Below are positions 28,669-37,449 of a stretch of DNA of 54,653 bases, in pieces. The number at the start of each line of letters is the position of its first letter. Position 1 is the first letter of the stretch. Source of the stretch: a virus (taxonomy: Duplodnaviria; Caudoviricetes); the IMG/VR virus record IMGVR_UViG_3300043446_003430, positions 1 through 54,653 of that record; one strand, 5' to 3'. The translations under genes and the position numbers were made by a program. Under the pieces are notes generated by a model. It was given only the letters and a program-made list of their open reading frames with translations. It had not been told where the DNA came from and made no database searches.

Positions 28669-30066
28669 TCACAAATCGGTGTTTTCGCCATTTTGATTTT
28701 GGCGAGAACTATTCCATTTGTTCTTCAACATTGTCTTCATCGACGATTCGTCATCCTCCATTGACGATTGAATTGCCATTGCTTCCTTGGATTTCGCATC
28801 AAAGATTTGAATATCTCCGTTGCCTGTGTTCATTTTCGCGTAAAGTGTGATGCCGTCCGGACCAAAACGATTCTTGATCACGTGACAGCGAGCAGTATTG
28901 TTCGCTTTGTCTTGTGTATTGCGGCTGACACTCATCACAAAATCGGCAGTCATGATCTTGCGATACGAGTCAGCGATGTTGTGAGCCTGAACAATCTCCT
29001 CACTCAAGCCGCCACGATTGGTCTGCGAAGCAGTCCATACAGGAATCTGTAGTTCACCAGCAACCTGACGAAGTTCTTCATAGATTCCACCGGCTTCGCT
29101 GTAACTGTTGCTGTTCTTTTCTTTCTCAAGGGGACGCAGAATATCGGCGTAATCAACGACCATCTCATCAATCTTGATGCCTTCAAGCGCTTGAATACGT
29201 TCGATATGGAACTTAAGCGACTGAGCACTGACTGTCTTAAGTGGGAAATATTTTACAAACAGTTTTCCCTGAATCTTCTTGATGGCTTCAGCGACTTCCG
29301 GTTGACGATGCTTGATTTCTTGGAAATCAATGTTTGTGAAGCAGCAATCATAACGAAGACCAACATAGTTCTCGTTCAGTTCAAGCGTGAAGTGGGCAAT
29401 GTTCTTGCCTGTTCTCATAGCTCTTGCGCCAAGACTGCAAAGCAGCCAACTCTTACCAATACCGGCAGGAGCAACCACAATGCCAAGTTCACCAGGCCCA
29501 AGACCTCCATCCATAAGACTGTCAACAACTTCCCATCCTGTGGAGATGGTGTTGCGGCACATCTGACTCATACGTCCAGCAAGATCCTTGTGATAGTTGT
29601 GACCAAGATTGCGTTCCATACCTGCCTTCATAGCCTTGTCAACAAGACCCTTGATGCGGTCATATTCACCCGTCTTAAGAAAATCAACGGATTCGATAAT
29701 CGCGTTCTTCAATTTCTGGTTCTTGCAGAATTCAAGAAACTGCTCACGAACGAACTGAAGATCCTTCTCGCTGATCTTAAGATATACGCTCTTCAGATGA
29801 TCGACGACGGTTGACTTGAAATCGGAGTTCTCGATTGTGTCCACGCGAACCTTGAACACTTGCATCGTTGGCAAGTCCTTGTATTCGGCGTGATATGCAA
29901 TGATCTCCTTGACGATCCATCGATGAGCTTCGTTTTCGAATGAATCGATTTCGATGATGTCAACAACGCGCTCAAGGAACGCCTTGTCTGTCAGAAGACT
30001 TGCGATGATCTTGACTTGAAATTCAAGACCATATTTGTGTAGATTGTCAATAATTACGGGAGCCAT
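28669..30066 (-). CDS. dnaB: Replicative DnaB/gp41-like helicase
   Basis: APAGIGKS, TLE, VDYADIL, WTASQTNR, ADS, KNRFG. Confidence 0.93.
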   Translation of the reverse strand: MAPVIIDNLHKYGLEFQVKIIASLLTDKAFLERVVDIIEIDSFENEAHRWIVKEIIAYHAEYKDLPTMQVFKVRVDTIENSDFKSTVVDHLKSVYLKISEKDLQFVREQFLEFCKNQKLKNAIIESVDFLKTGEYDRIKGLVDKAMKAGMERNLGHNYHKDLAGRMSQMCRNTISTGWEVVDSLMDGGLGPGELGIVVAPAGIGKSWLLCSLGARAMRTGKNIAHFTLELNENYVGLRYDCCFTNIDFQEIKHRQPEVAEAIKKIQGKLFVKYFPLKTVSAQSLKFHIERIQALEGIKIDEMVVDYADILRPLEKEKNSNSYSEAGGIYEELRQVAGELQIPVWTASQTNRGGLSEEIVQAHNIADSYRKIMTADFVMSVSRNTQDKANNTARCHVIKNRFGPDGITLYAKMNTGNGDIQIFDAKSKEAMAIQSSMEDDESSMKTMLKNKWNSSRQNQNGENTDL

Positions 30067-30130
30067 ATATAATGATGATGTTTAAAAGACTACGTTGTAT
30101 TTGGAGTTTAGTCAATTTGATTTAGAAAAT

Positions 30131-31198
30131 TTATTCGGATTTTGCCATAACGTGCAACGGATAGAACACTTCCTGCAACCATACGTGATAGTTGGGTATG
30201 GTGGAGTGCATACCGTGAGCAGTAAGTTTCTGAATGAAATGAAATTTGTTATAATCGTAGATGTTTTCCACCGCTTCTGATACTTTCATTTGCAGCGAAC
30301 CGGCGAAACTTGGATTCTTCAGTTGCATCAATAGATAATTTCTGGTGATGATGCTTGAATTTTCCACGATGGTGGAATATATCTTCTTCTCATTGACGCA
30401 GTCCTTCGCTCTGTTAAGGATGGAATCAACGCTTGTTTCGGTCGCTTCAGTGAGCATAGGAAAGCATTTGATCGCGGTTTTCAATCCTACACCCTTGACG
30501 CCATCAATATTATCGGACGAATCGCCTTCTAAGATACGATAATAAATAAAATTGGTAGGATGCACGCCATACTCATTGATTACATCCTGTACGCCATAAA
30601 TTTTTTTCTTGATAGGACTCCAGATGCATACTCTGTCACTGATTAGTTGGATAAAATCCTTGTCTCCACTCATGATGGTAACTTTGGACTGCGGATACAT
30701 CTGTGTGGCAATATATGCAATAGCGTCGTCTGCTTCAATATAATCAATGGAAATGACGCTGACAGGAAGACTGCGAAGAAAATCAATAAGTTTGACCATC
30801 TGATTGATCATAGCTTCTTGTTCTGTCTGCGGGTCGCTCATTTCTTCATATGCCCTGTTTACACGAACAGATACCTTACGGTTGTTTTTGTATTCTGGAT
30901 ATATGTCTCTGCGGCGCTGGCTTCCACCCTTGCCGTCAAATACTACAATGACTCGCGTAGGACGCAATAACTTGATTGCATATCCAAGACTAGTAAGAAA
31001 TCCAGTTACCCCACCTACGTGATCACCATTATCACTTAGTGTAGGAACAACTGTCCAACAACGAATAAAGTTATTGGTTCCATCCACAACAAGTATGTCG
31101 CTGTTCTTTTCCTTTTTTGTATTTACAGGAAGATTGGCGTGCTCACTTTTGATTTGTGAGAATATGGATGTGAATTTCTTTTTTGTATCGTCTTGCAT
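30131..31198 (-). CDS. 5'-3' exonuclease / flap endonuclease (T4 RNase H, Pol I N-terminal-like)
   Basis: VDGTN, VFDG, YK.NR, EADDAIA, SGDKDF, GDSSDNIDGVKGVG.KT. Confidence 0.93.
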   Translation of the reverse strand: MQDDTKKKFTSIFSQIKSEHANLPVNTKKEKNSDILVVDGTNNFIRCWTVVPTLSDNGDHVGGVTGFLTSLGYAIKLLRPTRVIVVFDGKGGSQRRRDIYPEYKNNRKVSVRVNRAYEEMSDPQTEQEAMINQMVKLIDFLRSLPVSVISIDYIEADDAIAYIATQMYPQSKVTIMSGDKDFIQLISDRVCIWSPIKKKIYGVQDVINEYGVHPTNFIYYRILEGDSSDNIDGVKGVGLKTAIKCFPMLTEATETSVDSILNRAKDCVNEKKIYSTIVENSSIITRNYLLMQLKNPSFAGSLQMKVSEAVENIYDYNKFHFIQKLTAHGMHSTIPNYHVWLQEVFYPLHVMAKSE

Positions 31199-31204
31199 TA
31201 TATT

Positions 31205-32269
31205 TTATAGTCTGCTTTCTACTTTTCCCTCATTTCTATTAATGTAGATGTCTTTGAAATATACCGTTTTGAAGTTTTCTTTCTTGACACTCAGCATAGG
31301 TAATATGTCTGGATGAAGGTTCTTGCTTTCAATCTGAGGGAAATCAATTTCTCCCCTCATATTAGAAATCACCGTTGCTGTGTCCACATCCAATTCTGTG
31401 GCGGAGTTAATCTTTAATCTCCAAAACATTTTGGTGGCGATTACCTCCATGACATCCTTTGGAATCGATTTTGGTCCCGGTGAATGCTGAAGTGCCCAAG
31501 TATGGTTAACGTCGTGATCCCATCCGCGACCAATATCTAAAGAATCTATTTCCGTCTTTGCGATTTCGGCAACAACTTCCTTTGATAAGGTGTCAAATCC
31601 ACCGATAGTAAGATGTGCACATTTCCACTTGCTCATCTGTTGAGCGGTTTCAACGGTAAACTCTTTTAATCCTCCGATATATAATCCTCCCCTATATCTA
31701 CCCAATGGTTTTGGATTTATTGCTTTCAGTGAATTTAGTTTAAGTCGATCAAACTTTACTCTTCCCATCAGGCTTTGAGTTGTATCGGAAACTTCCTCAA
31801 GTCCATTTAATGAAAGAGTCTGTCCTTTCTTCATAACATTGGCAAACTTTTCAAAGAATGAATCTGGTACTTTCTTCAACCCATCCAAATGAACATTTCT
31901 GGAGCGCCACTTGCGGGATGTTGCAAGCAATCCGGTCATTATATCAACCTGCTTTTCGGTCAATTCTGTGAGACCGTTCATGCAAAAAGTATATAAATCG
32001 GCACTACAAATAAGACTTAGTCCGACATTTGAGATTTTATTCACACAAGGAAAGATGGGATCTTGCCCATCGTTCATCAGTTGTGCTATTGCGGAATCAG
32101 TTATCTCTGTTGCTTTATAGTAATACTCTTCTTTATAAGCATCATATTCTTTACCTGCGATTTCCTTTGCGTTCTTTTCTTCTTCTGTTTCTGGTGTATA
32201 CGGAAACTCGTCATACTTGTCGCTTAACTTTTTTAATGTCTTTAATACTGCTGGGGTAATCTTACTCAT
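31205..32269 (-). CDS. Leucine-rich-repeat-like solenoid protein
   Basis: Repeating L-x-L-x-G-L-x-x-(L/V) units: HLDGLKKV, LSLNGLEEVS, LKLNSLKAI, LYIGGLKEF, LTIGGFDTLS, LKINSATEL. Confidence 0.6.
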   Translation of the reverse strand: MSKITPAVLKTLKKLSDKYDEFPYTPETEEEKNAKEIAGKEYDAYKEEYYYKATEITDSAIAQLMNDGQDPIFPCVNKISNVGLSLICSADLYTFCMNGLTELTEKQVDIMTGLLATSRKWRSRNVHLDGLKKVPDSFFEKFANVMKKGQTLSLNGLEEVSDTTQSLMGRVKFDRLKLNSLKAINPKPLGRYRGGLYIGGLKEFTVETAQQMSKWKCAHLTIGGFDTLSKEVVAEIAKTEIDSLDIGRGWDHDVNHTWALQHSPGPKSIPKDVMEVIATKMFWRLKINSATELDVDTATVISNMRGEIDFPQIESKNLHPDILPMLSVKKENFKTVYFKDIYINRNEGKVESRL

Positions 32270-32326
32270 ATATTTCCCTTCTTTAAGTGATAACCGTGGG
32301 GAGGTATTTCACTCCACACAGTCATT

Positions 32327-33553
32327 TTAGTCTTCTGCTCCTTCTGATGCTTCGTCATATTCAACGTCATCAGCCATCTCAGAATTTGGAGCCTTATATT
32401 TCATAACAAAATTCTCGACGAGTTTGTTATAAAGATAATCTCTGCATTCTGGTCTGTCTTTGAGCAGCTTCGGCAAGTCCCTCTTTTCAAACACGACTGT
32501 CTCCGGATCTTTTCCTTCAACAGGCATAATGAATTGTAGATTCTTTGCCTTCTTGTCTTCTTCTTTTTCTTCTTCCAACTGCTTCTTTGTCTTCTTTTCA
32601 CCTGCAACCTTTACCTTCTTGGCATTGGTTACAATATCCCATTCGATGAGATGTTCCAACCAATTGCTGAAGTTGTCGATGCCTCGGTCAAAGTAGATGT
32701 CAAATTCAGCACTTCGCATAGGTGGTCCCATACGATTTTTGACAACAGTGCACTTGGTACGAATACCAACTGTCTGTTTGTCACCGTTTTTAATTTGATT
32801 CAACTGCTTCAAGCGTAGGCGCAGCGAGGCGTGGAACGCAATGGCTTTACCACCACTAGTTGTCCAAGGATCGCCAAGTCCAACAAATCCTACCTTTTGA
32901 CGAAGCTGATTAGTAAAGCACAGGCATACACGCTGTTTGGCGATTAGCCCTGTGATCTTTCTCATCGCCTTGCTGATCGCAATGGCTTTGCCGGTGGCAT
33001 AACCATCAGCACCGTGATCGCTTGCCAGTTCCTTTTTTGTGGAAGCGGCTGCAACCGAGTCAACCAGAATAGTCACAAGACGATTCTTGCTGCTCTTGCG
33101 GACGAGCGTGATAATCTCTTCAACTTTGTCAAATACATCCTCTACTGTATCAACATTGATGTATAGCATCTTTGGAACGTCTACACCAATGGCTGTCAGA
33201 AAGTCCGTGGATACGGATGTTTCTGTATCGATGAATACTGCCAGTCCACCCTTCTTTTGAGTTTCCGCAAGTAGGTGAGCGCCCATAAGACTCTTACCAG
33301 ATGCTTCAAGTCCAGTTAGTTCCGTGATGCGACCAACAGGCAATCCGCCATTTGGGCGGTTTGCGATGGTTAGGTCAACGAGGCTGTTGCCAGTTGAGAC
33401 CCAATCGGTGATCTGCGAAGGATCATCTTCTGCATCGAGGAAAAAGGCGACTTTACCATCGCTGTTCTTATTGATGGAATCTGCCAATGCTTCTGCCAGT
33501 TCATCGCGAGATGAGTTCATCTCGTGTTCAATTGTTTTCTTCTTTTTTTCCAT
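32327..33553 (-). CDS. recA: RecA/UvsX recombinase
   Basis: GGLPVGRITE, GLEASGKS, IDTE, VDSVAA, NQLR, TSGGKA..FHAS.R, KNR..PP. Confidence 0.95.
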   Translation of the reverse strand: MEKKKKTIEHEMNSSRDELAEALADSINKNSDGKVAFFLDAEDDPSQITDWVSTGNSLVDLTIANRPNGGLPVGRITELTGLEASGKSLMGAHLLAETQKKGGLAVFIDTETSVSTDFLTAIGVDVPKMLYINVDTVEDVFDKVEEIITLVRKSSKNRLVTILVDSVAAASTKKELASDHGADGYATGKAIAISKAMRKITGLIAKQRVCLCFTNQLRQKVGFVGLGDPWTTSGGKAIAFHASLRLRLKQLNQIKNGDKQTVGIRTKCTVVKNRMGPPMRSAEFDIYFDRGIDNFSNWLEHLIEWDIVTNAKKVKVAGEKKTKKQLEEEKEEDKKAKNLQFIMPVEGKDPETVVFEKRDLPKLLKDRPECRDYLYNKLVENFVMKYKAPNSEMADDVEYDEASEGAED

Positions 33554-33576
33554 AATGGATATAGTTTGGATGAGGA

Positions 33577-33608
33577 GTGGTGCGCCAGTACTCCCTCTGG
33601 CGCACCAC
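33577..33608. other. Perfect GC-rich hairpin between ssb and recA
   Basis: gtggtgcgccag-tactccct-ctggcgcaccac (12-bp stem) with no U-tract. Confidence 0.75.
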
Positions 33609-33639
33609 CATCATCATTTACTCTACTACTCCGTTCAAC

Positions 33640-34461
33640 TTACGAGTTGAACAAGTCGTTGAATTCGTCGGCAATAGCCTTCGTATTGGAGGGTGCCTTA
33701 ACAGCAGCTTTGGCTGTTGCACTCTTTGGTGCAGCGGCTTCCTCGGTTTCCTCGGTCTGAGGAGTTGATGCTGCGGCGGGTTCACCGTCTTCAGCGGACT
33801 CCTGTGAGGCATTCAGCCAAGTATCCATCACGGCAGCAAGCTCGTCATATGTCAGTTCAGGGAACAGTTCAGTGACGTTCTTCTGGTTCTTGACCTTTTC
33901 CTTGAGCGCGGCGTCGGAAGGATCAAACGCGGGGGTCTGATTCGGCTTGACGCGAATTGTCGTCTCAGGGAAGCTCTTGCCGGTTTCCTCGGCGGTCTTG
34001 AACTCGACCACGATGTCACGACCATTTTTCAGGTCGGTGATGTCACCGTAATCGGCGTCAGCGATGATGCTCAGTATTTCCTGATACACCTGCTTGCCCA
34101 TTCCCCAGAACTTGACACCTTCGTGCTCCAGTCCACGGACGAGGACAGGAACATATGTGCGCATCTTGGGTTCGAGAGAACGACCAGTCTTCCATTCTTC
34201 CTTGTCGCCGCTCTTCTTGAGCTTGTTGGCAAACTCCACGATAGGATCGGGACGACCAAATGAAGCGGGGGACAAATATGTCTTACCGTTCATATTGTAA
34301 TGGAAAAGCAGTTCGATGAACGGATTTTCAGGATTGTGGGCATAAGGAACGATTCTTACAACGTTCTTGCCCGGATTTGGCTTCCACACGGCGGTGGTCT
34401 TGTTTTGTGTGCTCTTGAGTGTATCAAGACGCGACTTAATCTTGTTTAGATCTAATGGCAT
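33640..34461 (-). CDS. Single-stranded DNA-binding protein (gp32-like)
   Basis: WKP..G..VRIVP, FHY, DPI.E, GVKFWG.GK.VY, YGDITD...GRD, acidic tail ending in DEFNDLFNS. Confidence 0.85.
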   Translation of the reverse strand: MPLDLNKIKSRLDTLKSTQNKTTAVWKPNPGKNVVRIVPYAHNPENPFIELLFHYNMNGKTYLSPASFGRPDPIVEFANKLKKSGDKEEWKTGRSLEPKMRTYVPVLVRGLEHEGVKFWGMGKQVYQEILSIIADADYGDITDLKNGRDIVVEFKTAEETGKSFPETTIRVKPNQTPAFDPSDAALKEKVKNQKNVTELFPELTYDELAAVMDTWLNASQESAEDGEPAAASTPQTEETEEAAAPKSATAKAAVKAPSNTKAIADEFNDLFNS

Positions 34462-34487
34462 AATTTTTTATTCGTTAATTTTTAATG

Positions 34488-34530
34488 TTTGACCATTTTG
34501 AAAGCATTCAACTCGGTCAATGTTGAATAC
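34488..34530 (-). promoter_or_regulatory. Candidate translational-operator pseudoknot in the ssb leader
   Basis: GUAUUCAAC-A-UUGACCG-A-GUUGAAUGC-UUUCAAAA-UGGUCAA, then an A/U-rich run to the AUG. Confidence 0.55.
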
Positions 34531-34652
34531 TATGGCTTAATAAACGGCAATCGTCAATCTATAAGAAGCATTTAGCTAATTTTTCAATCGTTAATTGGTC
34601 ATTCGTTAAGTCTATATAACTATAAACCAAAACGAGTTTTCGTCAAAATATA

Positions 34653-35051
34653 TTAACTAATCTGGTAAATTTTCATCAATTTTGTCGGTGTGATTTTGAC
34701 TTTTCCGTCACGTGCCGTGATGAAACTATTTCTATAATCTTCCCAGCGTATCTGAAATGTATTTGATACCACGCCGTTATTTTGCTCTTTGATGAGTTCA
34801 TTCAATGCGTTGATGCTGTATAAAATATTGTATTCCTTCTTGCGATGAACAGAAATGGTATTTGGATAGAACTGACTGCCATTCTTCTCGGCGTTGTATG
34901 TAAGAAATATATCTTCTCTGTTAGCGCCACTTTGTAAAACGTATATTTTACGTTCCATGATATTGTAGTATTCGGACAATGCTTCTATTTCAGCTTGATA
35001 AGTCTGCTGCTTCGCAAATGTGCAAAGAAGTTGTGCATTGCCGATTGCCAT
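34653..35051 (-). CDS. Conserved large-phage hypothetical protein
   Basis: Start moved to MAIGNAQLLCTF. Contains NTISVHRKKEYNILYSINALN. Confidence 0.7.
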   Translation of the reverse strand: MAIGNAQLLCTFAKQQTYQAEIEALSEYYNIMERKIYVLQSGANREDIFLTYNAEKNGSQFYPNTISVHRKKEYNILYSINALNELIKEQNNGVVSNTFQIRWEDYRNSFITARDGKVKITPTKLMKIYQIS

Positions 35052-35052
35052 A

Positions 35053-35919
35053 TTACACTTTGCTCTTTTCCACAAAGAGTTTGTATTCTTCTCTGTCGTT
35101 GCTTTTTACAGGAACAACTTCACCGCTTAATCCAACAACCGCCGCAGTATTTCCTTCGGCGTCTCTATATTCGCCATATGGTTCAGCTATCCATCCTTTT
35201 TTAAGAGCAAACTTCTTTGATATGGATGCATATTCTTCTGGTGGAGTTGTTACAACCGGAACGTCTATTGCGGGAGATTCTGCTGATTTTTTTGCTTCAG
35301 GAGCGGAAGGTTCGGTTGGGGTTGTTGGTTGTGTTTTTTCTGGGGCTTCGGGTGATTTTTCAACTGCACCCGGTGCTTTTGCTGGAGCGGACAGTTTTTC
35401 GGATGAAGAAGGTTGTGCAGGTGTCTCAGAATCTTCGTCTCCCATCATATCCGGTGTAACTTGGCCGGGTTGTCTGGAAGGCTTTGTATCTGCGGCTGGT
35501 GCTTGTGGTTTTGGGGCTTGTTGTTTTTTAGCTGGTTGAACTTGCGTTGCTGTTTGTTGTGTCTGTCTCTTTTGCTTACCCTTGCGTTTATAATACAAAT
35601 TCATTCCACCCTTGCCGTGCGTTGGATCTGAAATGGAATGAGTTCCTTTCTTTATGGCGGCGTCACGATAGTCCTTTGATGGGAATGTGACAAGCCATCC
35701 ATCTTTATTGAAAGCCTGTCTGTCGGGGTATTTTCCTTCACTAATAAATGCATTTACAAATTCATTAACGATCTCTTCATTTTCGCAGGCATTATACATG
35801 GCTTCCGCAACAACCTGTATATGTTCCGTGTTCTTTAGGTCTACTACACCATCCGGTATTCTTGCATCCAATGCTGCTTCGGAAATTATAGATGATATAA
35901 ACTCGGTCACTGTTTTCAT
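35053..35919 (-). CDS. Hypothetical protein with shared N-terminal domain and Pro/Ala/Gln-rich linker
   Basis: Start moved to MKTVTEFISSIISE (ATGA overlap). The N-terminus resembles that of 35916-37403. Confidence 0.7.
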   Translation of the reverse strand: MKTVTEFISSIISEAALDARIPDGVVDLKNTEHIQVVAEAMYNACENEEIVNEFVNAFISEGKYPDRQAFNKDGWLVTFPSKDYRDAAIKKGTHSISDPTHGKGGMNLYYKRKGKQKRQTQQTATQVQPAKKQQAPKPQAPAADTKPSRQPGQVTPDMMGDEDSETPAQPSSSEKLSAPAKAPGAVEKSPEAPEKTQPTTPTEPSAPEAKKSAESPAIDVPVVTTPPEEYASISKKFALKKGWIAEPYGEYRDAEGNTAAVVGLSGEVVPVKSNDREEYKLFVEKSKV

Positions 35920-37403
35920 AAATCTAATCCTTTCAAATTGGATAAATTGGTAAGCACGTTGCATACAATTCCATTTTGCGCCATGCTATCAAATTCAAGC
36001 TTTATCTTATTCGTATCAACAACTACGGCGCTGTTTTTTCCTTGTGCGGCAGAAACAATCAACATTCCTGTATACTTTGTTTCTACCAATTTTGCAATTT
36101 CATCAGATATTACTTTTAAGTTATATTTTTTATCAAAGAAGTCAAACTGCATTGCCATATCTTTATAATCTTCGTCGCTGCCTCCTATGGTTTGTTTTAC
36201 TGGCAAGTCTAACTTTTGAGGCTCTTTTGGATTTGTACTCAGGGCGCTGCTTACTTTTGTCATTTGCTGCAACGCGGCGGTTGAATCTGTTGCAAATTCT
36301 TCTTTGTTTGGTCCGACCGCAATCGCTACTTTTGCCACATCTTTTTTCTTTTCTATTGGCAGCTCAAGTTTAACTGAAACTATTACCAGCGCTTTGAAAA
36401 GTCCCTTCGGCATATCGGCGGTATTTGGAGACTTTACAAAATCCTCAAACAATCTAACTTCTTCCTCCGTCGGTGGTCTTGCTCCTTTGTACAAATACTC
36501 GTCCGTCGCCGGGTCTTTTCCGCTCAATACTTTTAATAAAAATTCTCCGAATCCTTTGTTTTTTCTCATCTGTTGCGCCAGGTCTTCGATTGCATTCTTG
36601 AATCTACTGTTAGAGAATCCATCCAACGTGGATGAACTTATTCTCACCGTATCCTTTGCTTTTTTTCCACCGACTTCCTTTACTTCCACTCTTCCGTATC
36701 CCTCGACATTAATCAAGTCCACGTCCCCAATACCACCAGATTTTACATCACGAAGCATAAACACGAATGCAAGTTCTCCTTTACCAAGCCCTTGGTGTTT
36801 AACATCATTCATTGCATCCACGAATTTCTTTTGATTTCCGGAATTTGTATTGTATATCTTTAAAGCATTATCAAGTGATTGATTGTTGTATATGCTTTTC
36901 GCATAGTCGTATATTTTTGCTTTGTTTATTATGGCGGATTTCATTTGCTCAACATATTTTTCTCCAACCGCCTTACCATTCGGTGCCATCAAATCTTCCC
37001 ATATATTTTTTTCTATTCTGCGTGCTCTTCTTTCGGCGTCCAATTCAAGTTTTGCTTTTTGTGCTGGTGTATACCAAGGTGCCTTGTTTGCAATTATATC
37101 CTCCACGGGAGTGCCATCTGCATAATTTGGATGACCAACGGTAACTATTTTTCCCGTTTTTTTGTCTTTTTCACGAAATTTGCTCTGCGGTTTTTTTAAT
37201 TTTGCAGGTCTTCCGCCTTTAGTTTTTCTTTCTTCATCCGACACATCCCAGTCTCCTCTCCAGAGTTCTTCCAAATCCATTTCACTCAATATCTCATTCA
37301 ATACATCAATATTTTCTGGTGTATCGTGTCCACTAACAAGACCATCCGGCGAACGCATCGCCCATTCATTTAGTATATACTCTATGATCTTGTCTTTTTC
37401 CAT
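35916..37403 (-). CDS. Hypothetical protein with a possible PD-(D/E)XK nuclease-like domain
   Basis: GKGE...GDVDL...VEVKE; N-terminal IIEYILNEWAMRSPDG. Confidence 0.55.
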   Translation of the reverse strand: MEKDKIIEYILNEWAMRSPDGLVSGHDTPENIDVLNEILSEMDLEELWRGDWDVSDEERKTKGGRPAKLKKPQSKFREKDKKTGKIVTVGHPNYADGTPVEDIIANKAPWYTPAQKAKLELDAERRARRIEKNIWEDLMAPNGKAVGEKYVEQMKSAIINKAKIYDYAKSIYNNQSLDNALKIYNTNSGNQKKFVDAMNDVKHQGLGKGELAFVFMLRDVKSGGIGDVDLINVEGYGRVEVKEVGGKKAKDTVRISSSTLDGFSNSRFKNAIEDLAQQMRKNKGFGEFLLKVLSGKDPATDEYLYKGARPPTEEEVRLFEDFVKSPNTADMPKGLFKALVIVSVKLELPIEKKKDVAKVAIAVGPNKEEFATDSTAALQQMTKVSSALSTNPKEPQKLDLPVKQTIGGSDEDYKDMAMQFDFFDKKYNLKVISDEIAKLVETKYTGMLIVSAAQGKNSAVVVDTNKIKLEFDSMAQNGIVCNVLTNLSNLKGLDL

Positions 37404-37449
37404 AATATATAAATATTCGTATATATCAAATATACGCTTATTATAAATA

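Noticed and set aside
7805-33553. Inteins or introns in PolB, NrdA, helicase or RecA
   Set aside because: Proteins are of normal or short length with contiguous motifs; no intein termini or homing endonuclease ORFs were seen.
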